In this document: piece by piece, positions 54,144 to 58,299 of the stretch
Position numbering within the stretch: position 1 is the first letter of the stretch
Layout: each line of letters starts with the position of its first letter
Origin: Bacteroidota bacterium
GTDB taxonomy: Bacteria; Bacteroidota; Bacteroidia; Bacteroidales; JACABE01
Assembly (NCBI GenBank): GCA_037134755.1
Contig: JBAXLO010000001.1
Coordinates: forward strand, 1-58,299
Direction: 5' to 3'
DNA: 58,299 bases
The notes under the pieces: generated by a model
The model's input: the letters and a program-made list of their open reading frames with translations, nothing else
Told to the model about the DNA's origin: nothing
Databases searched by the model: none
Translations under genes and position numbers: made by a program

Positions 54144-54854
54144 ATGAAAAACTCAATCAAGCTAATAACTTTAATGTTATCAATCTTTTTAGCATTTACA
54201 TCAAATAATAATTATGCTCAAAAGTCAAAGTTCAAAGGAATCGTTACCTATGATATAAAATATACAGGTAAAGATATTACACCTGCTCAAGAAGCACAAT
54301 TGCCAAAAGAACAGGTTATAAAGATATATGAAAACAAAACCATGCAGGAAACTAAATATGGTCCTGTTACAATTACTGAAGTAACTAATGGTGATGAAGG
54401 TTCAAAGACATCTATGTTTGACCTAATGGCTGTTATGCAGAAGAAAGTATATGTAAAAACAACAAAAAAAGAAATTGAACAGAAAATAGCTGAATCAAAA
54501 TCAAAGCCTGTAATTAAATATATTGAAGAAACTAAAGAAGTGGCAGGTTACAAAGCTAAAAAAGCAATCTTTTCTTTTAAAGAAGAAGATGCTGAAGATT
54601 CAACTCATGTAACAATATGGTATAGCGAAGAATTAGGTGGAGAAGATTTAAATTATGGTGGTGAATTTTCAGGATTAAAAGGTTTCCCTTTAGAATATGA
54701 AATGCCAACATCTAAAATTACTATTAAAGCTTCTGCTAAAACTATTGTTAAAGGCAAAGTAAAAGAGACAGAGTTTTTAATTCCAACTGATTATAATCAA
54801 ATTACCCAGGAAGAATTACAAGGTATGATGGGTGGCGGTGGTGGTGATGAATAA
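54144..54854 (+). CDS. hypothetical secreted protein
   Basis: 236 aa with signal peptide MKNSIKLITLMLSIFLAFTSNNNYAQ and a Gly-rich acidic tail. No recognisable motif. Confidence 0.6.
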   Translation: MKNSIKLITLMLSIFLAFTSNNNYAQKSKFKGIVTYDIKYTGKDITPAQEAQLPKEQVIKIYENKTMQETKYGPVTITEVTNGDEGSKTSMFDLMAVMQKKVYVKTTKKEIEQKIAESKSKPVIKYIEETKEVAGYKAKKAIFSFKEEDAEDSTHVTIWYSEELGGEDLNYGGEFSGLKGFPLEYEMPTSKITIKASAKTIVKGKVKETEFLIPTDYNQITQEELQGMMGGGGGDE

Positions 54855-54876
54855 TATCATCATTTAAAATATATTA

Positions 54877-54905
54877 AAATCCCCTCCTTAAAAGGGGATT
54901 TTTTA
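54877..54905 (+). terminator. rho-independent terminator
   Basis: AAAATCCCCT-CCTTAAA-AGGGGATTTTTT. Confidence 0.75.
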
Positions 54906-54937
54906 TTTATTTTAGTTCGTATTCATTGTTTTTAATT

Positions 54938-54945
54938 AATTTTGC
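54938..54945 (+). promoter_or_regulatory. putative -7 box (TAATTTTG) for ftsK
   Basis: It lies 25 nt upstream of the ATG at 54970. Confidence 0.4.
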
Positions 54946-54969
54946 ATAAAAAATAAGCAAATTTGATAA

Positions 54970-57414
54970 ATGGCAGAAAGTAAAAAGCAAACCAAAAAGA
55001 ATACCTTCAAAAGCGAACTTGAGCCTGAGAAAAAAGGAAGTAAGAAAAAAACAAGTCTCTTTAAAGATACAAACATGTTCTTTAAAAATGATAAGACTCA
55101 TGGAGTTTTAGGTGTGTTCTTATTGTTGTTTTCATTGTATTTGGCCTTTTCTTTTATTTCTTTCTTTTTTACCTGGTGGATGGATTATGATAAGATATCC
55201 GGCGCTTCATTTCGTACAATATTATTCGACAACAACCTTGAAATACATAACTGGACCGGCAGATTTGGTGCTGCCCTCTCTAATTTATTCATTAGAGATT
55301 GGTTTGGGATTGCATCTTTTACGTTTATTTTCCTTTCTTTTAACTTTGGTTTAAGGCTATTTAAGATAGTTTTGGTTCCGGTATCTTTATCATTAAAGTA
55401 TAGTATTTTTATCTTAATATTTGTTTCGATAAGTTTAGGATACATTATTAAAGATGATAAACTTTCGATATTAGATGGTGTATTTGGCTTTGAATCTAGT
55501 CAGTTTCTTGAAGGATTATTAGGTAGGGTAGGAGCAGGCATCTTGTTGTTGTTTTGTTTGTGCAGTTTCTTTATCATAGCTTTTAATATGACCTTAGATT
55601 TTTATAAAAAGAAACAAAAAGAGATAGTTGAAGAAGTAGAAGTTGAGAATAATTTACCGAAAGGTAATGAATTTAAAGAAGAAATAATAGAACTTGAAGA
55701 TGAGGAAGAGGAAGACGAAGAGGGGAGTACTGACTTTGAATTAATAATTAGAGATCCTAAGGCTACTAAAACTAAAAATGTTCCTGAAGAAGTTCCTTTT
55801 TCTGTGGAGATTCCTGTTGTAAATAAGATTGAGGTTATAAATATTCAGGAAGAAGATGTTGAGAACGAAGTTGTGATGGAGCATAAAACCATTGATACTG
55901 ACTTTGATCCACGATTAGACCTTAGTACTTATAAATTCCCTAGTATAGATTTATTAAAAGATTACAATGAGAGTCCTTCATTGGTTCAAAATGAAGAGTT
56001 GATTGCCAATAAGAATAAGATTATTGAAACCTTACGTAATTATTCTATTGAGATTACGCAGATAAAGGCTACTATTGGGCCTACCGTTACATTATATGAG
56101 ATAGTTCCTGCTCCCGGAGTAAGAATTTCTAAAATAAAGAACCTTGAAGATGATATAGCTTTAAGTCTTGCTGCTTTGGGTATTAGAATTATTGCACCTA
56201 TCCCCGGCAAGGGCACTATTGGTATTGAAGTTCCTAATCAAAACCCTCAGATAGTGGCAATGAAAACGATGCTTTCGTGTGATAAGTTTACTAATTCTAA
56301 ATTTGATCTTCCGATAGCTATTGGCAAAACCATTGCTAACGAGCCTTTCATTGCTGATCTTACCAAGATGCCTCATCTTTTGATGGCTGGAGCTACGGGT
56401 CAGGGGAAATCTGTTGGTTTAAATGCAATTATAGCTTCTTTATTATATAAGAAACATCCTGCTGAGATTAAGTTTGTGATGGTTGACCCAAAGAAAGTTG
56501 AATTAACTTTGTTTACAAAGATAGAGCGTCATTTCTTAGCTAAATTGCCTGATTCGGAAGATGCTATCATAACTGATACTCGTAAAGTTGTACGTACTCT
56601 TAACTCACTGACTATAGAGATGGATCAAAGATATGATCTGTTGAAAGATGCTCAGGTTAAGAATATTAAAGAATACAATGCTAAGTTTATCTCACGCAGA
56701 TTGAATCCAAATGAAGGTCATCGCTATTTGCCTTATGTTGTATTGGTTGTGGATGAGTTTGCAGATTTGATCATGACTGCCGGTAAGGAGATTGAAACTC
56801 CTATTGCCCGTTTGGCTCAGTTGGCCAGAGCTATAGGTATTCATTTGATTATTGCTACTCAACGTCCGTCGGTTAACATTATTACAGGTACTATCAAGGC
56901 TAATTTCCCTGCTCGTATCGCTTTTAGGGTTATCTCAAAGATAGATTCAAGAACTATTTTGGATACCGGAGGTGCTGATCAGCTTATAGGTAGGGGTGAT
57001 ATGTTGCTGTCTACAGGTAGTGATCTTATTCGTTTGCAATGTGCTTTTATCGATACACCCGAAATTGATAGTGTGGCTGAGTTTATAGGCTCTCAAAGAG
57101 GCTATGCCAGTGCATTTAACCTTCCTGAATATCTTGATGAAGATAGTGAGCCTAACAAGGATTTTGATCCTTCACAAAAGGATGAGTTGTTTGAAGATGC
57201 TGCCCGTATAATTGTTGCACATCAGCATGGATCAACGTCTTTGCTTCAGCGAAAGCTTAAACTTGGATATAACAGGGCAGGACGTATAATTGATCAGTTG
57301 GAGGCTGCAGGCATTGTTGGGCCTTTTGAAGGTAGCAAGGCACGCGAGGTGAAATATAAAGATGAAATTGCTTTGGAACAGTATTTGAGGGATTATAATC
57401 AAAATCATAAATAA
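54970..57414 (+). CDS. ftsK: DNA translocase FtsK/SpoIIIE
   Basis: N-terminal TM helices and an acidic linker. Walker A is MAGATGQGKS and Walker B is LVVDEFADL. The C-terminal gamma winged helix is STSLLQRKLKLGYNRAGRIIDQLE. Confidence 0.95.
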   Translation: MAESKKQTKKNTFKSELEPEKKGSKKKTSLFKDTNMFFKNDKTHGVLGVFLLLFSLYLAFSFISFFFTWWMDYDKISGASFRTILFDNNLEIHNWTGRFGAALSNLFIRDWFGIASFTFIFLSFNFGLRLFKIVLVPVSLSLKYSIFILIFVSISLGYIIKDDKLSILDGVFGFESSQFLEGLLGRVGAGILLLFCLCSFFIIAFNMTLDFYKKKQKEIVEEVEVENNLPKGNEFKEEIIELEDEEEEDEEGSTDFELIIRDPKATKTKNVPEEVPFSVEIPVVNKIEVINIQEEDVENEVVMEHKTIDTDFDPRLDLSTYKFPSIDLLKDYNESPSLVQNEELIANKNKIIETLRNYSIEITQIKATIGPTVTLYEIVPAPGVRISKIKNLEDDIALSLAALGIRIIAPIPGKGTIGIEVPNQNPQIVAMKTMLSCDKFTNSKFDLPIAIGKTIANEPFIADLTKMPHLLMAGATGQGKSVGLNAIIASLLYKKHPAEIKFVMVDPKKVELTLFTKIERHFLAKLPDSEDAIITDTRKVVRTLNSLTIEMDQRYDLLKDAQVKNIKEYNAKFISRRLNPNEGHRYLPYVVLVVDEFADLIMTAGKEIETPIARLAQLARAIGIHLIIATQRPSVNIITGTIKANFPARIAFRVISKIDSRTILDTGGADQLIGRGDMLLSTGSDLIRLQCAFIDTPEIDSVAEFIGSQRGYASAFNLPEYLDEDSEPNKDFDPSQKDELFEDAARIIVAHQHGSTSLLQRKLKLGYNRAGRIIDQLEAAGIVGPFEGSKAREVKYKDEIALEQYLRDYNQNHK

Positions 57415-57423
57415 CATAACACA

Positions 57424-58080
57424 ATGAAGAAAATACTTCTTATCCTATTACTAACATTTATAGTATATCCATTTACAAAGTCTTACGCTCAGGTTGTAGA
57501 TAAAAAAGCTATTGCAATAGTTGATCAGCTTGCAGCTAAAATGAAATCGTATCCTACTCTAAAGATTGACTTTACCTATACTTTGGAGAACAAACAGAAG
57601 AAGATTAATCAAAGTAAGAAAGGTACTATTATTATTAAAAGTGATAAATATTCGCTAAATGTAGCAGGACAAAAGATTATATCGGATGGTAAAACTACCT
57701 GGACTTATATTCCTGATGCTAACGAAGTGCAGATTAATTCAGTTAATCCTAATGAAGATGAAGGTATTAATTTAACTAAGCTACTTGCTACCTATAGTAA
57801 GAACTTTCGCCCAAAGCTTATCAAAGAGGAAAGAGTAAGTAATGTAAATACGCAGGTTGTTGATTTAGTTCCTTTAAAAACAAAAGCTTACTATAAGGTA
57901 CGTTTGATTATCGATAAAGATAAAACTCAGATAATAAGTACACAGATATTTAATAAGAATGAAAGTACTTTTAAATATAAAGTAGATAAGTTTCAATCAA
58001 ATCCTAAGGTTGTAGATAGTGATTTTACTTTTAAGAAAACAGATTATCCCGCCAATGTCGAGATTAACGATATGAGGTAA
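57424..58080 (+). CDS. lolA: LolA-like outer-membrane lipoprotein carrier protein
   Basis: 218 aa with a signal peptide. It lies immediately downstream of ftsK, a synteny conserved in Bacteroidota. The LolA-like beta-rich composition supports the call, but sequence recognition is moderate. Confidence 0.65.
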   Translation: MKKILLILLLTFIVYPFTKSYAQVVDKKAIAIVDQLAAKMKSYPTLKIDFTYTLENKQKKINQSKKGTIIIKSDKYSLNVAGQKIISDGKTTWTYIPDANEVQINSVNPNEDEGINLTKLLATYSKNFRPKLIKEERVSNVNTQVVDLVPLKTKAYYKVRLIIDKDKTQIISTQIFNKNESTFKYKVDKFQSNPKVVDSDFTFKKTDYPANVEINDMR

Positions 58081-58084
58081 TCTA

Positions 58085-58119
58085 AAAGAGACCGCTTAGA
58101 ATCTTAGCGGTCTCTTTTT
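58085..58119 (+). terminator. terminator hairpin built on the REP core (CCGCTTAG...CTTAGCGG)
   Basis: AAAAGAGACCGCTTAGAATCTTAGCGGTCTCTTTTT. Confidence 0.75.
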
Positions 58120-58177
58120 GATTATAAACACTTTGTAATTAAATCTTAAAATATTATACTAAATTTAGATAAAATTA

Positions 58178-58299
58178 TCGCAGTCACGAAGCAAACTGTC
58201 GCAGTCACGAAGCAAACTGTCGCAGTCACGAAGCAAACTGTCGTAGTCACGAAGCAAACTGTCGCAGTCACGAAGCAAACTGTCGTAGTCACGAAGCAA
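58178..58299. repeat. tandem array, at least 5.8 x 21 bp (TCGCAGTCACGAAGCAAACTG), running off the window end
   Basis: Units at 58178, 58199, 58220, 58241, 58262 and 58283. The only variation is C/T at one position (TCGCAG vs TCGTAG). Confidence 0.95.

Noticed and set aside
54907-55101. 64-aa minus-strand ORF overlapping the ftsK start region
   Set aside because: It lies opposite the ftsK promoter and N-terminus. It has no motif and its start lies inside ftsK coding sequence.
12635-58299. Possibility that the tandem arrays are CRISPR arrays or TIGR-like interspaced guide arrays
   Set aside because: Units abut directly with no unique spacers between them. No cas, tas or Nop-domain gene, nor any other nuclease-effector gene, lies adjacent to the arrays. 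Unit length (21 bp) and the absence of a palindromic repeat core do not fit CRISPR.
1-58299. Search for rRNA, tRNA, tmRNA, riboswitch or known large ncRNA genes
   Set aside because: No GC-rich cloverleaf-like segments, no T-loop (GTTCGAATC-like) contexts outside CDSs and no recognisable riboswitch cores were seen by eye. A covariance-model scan (tRNAscan-SE, Infernal/Rfam) would be needed to be certain.

Overview
AT-rich chromosomal segment of a Bacteroidota-type bacterium. This assignment is inferred from the many proteins with T9SS (Por) C-terminal sorting domains, TAnnTTTG-type -7 promoter boxes and ftsK-lolA synteny. Ordinary content: a GH29 fucosidase-xylB-xylA-xylE operon, an EEP-family enzyme, an M50 protease, an MNT/HepT toxin-antitoxin pair, a HAD hydrolase, an AlkD-like protein, ftsK and lolA. 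Accessory content: (1) two diverged REP-associated tyrosine transposases (RAYTs), each sitting among its own palindromic REP elements. (2) A visibly more AT-rich eight-gene operon (13257-21466). It encodes an orphan protein, six tandem paralogues of an unrecognisable ~365-aa family (N-termini MELLYID...), and a translationally coupled Zc3h12a/NYN-type RNase. I consider this the best candidate for an undescribed conflict or defence system. (3) A small family of orphan proteins with a helical N-part and a beta-sandwich C-part (13257, 25395, 27158, possibly 42963), each preceded by a very long non-coding region. (4) At least seven locus-specific tandem arrays, all with a 21-bp period (or 42 = 2x21). 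Two of them (42.2-42.9 kb and 52.4-52.9 kb) lie between conserved 5' and 3' boxes and look like copies of one element type. (5) A T9SS cargo island (29-42 kb) with near-identical signal-peptide and CTD cassettes. (6) A tandem duplication of a ~1370-aa lamin-tail/CotH protein with a homogenised CTD. I found no rRNA, tRNA, CRISPR array, integrase or phage structural genes.
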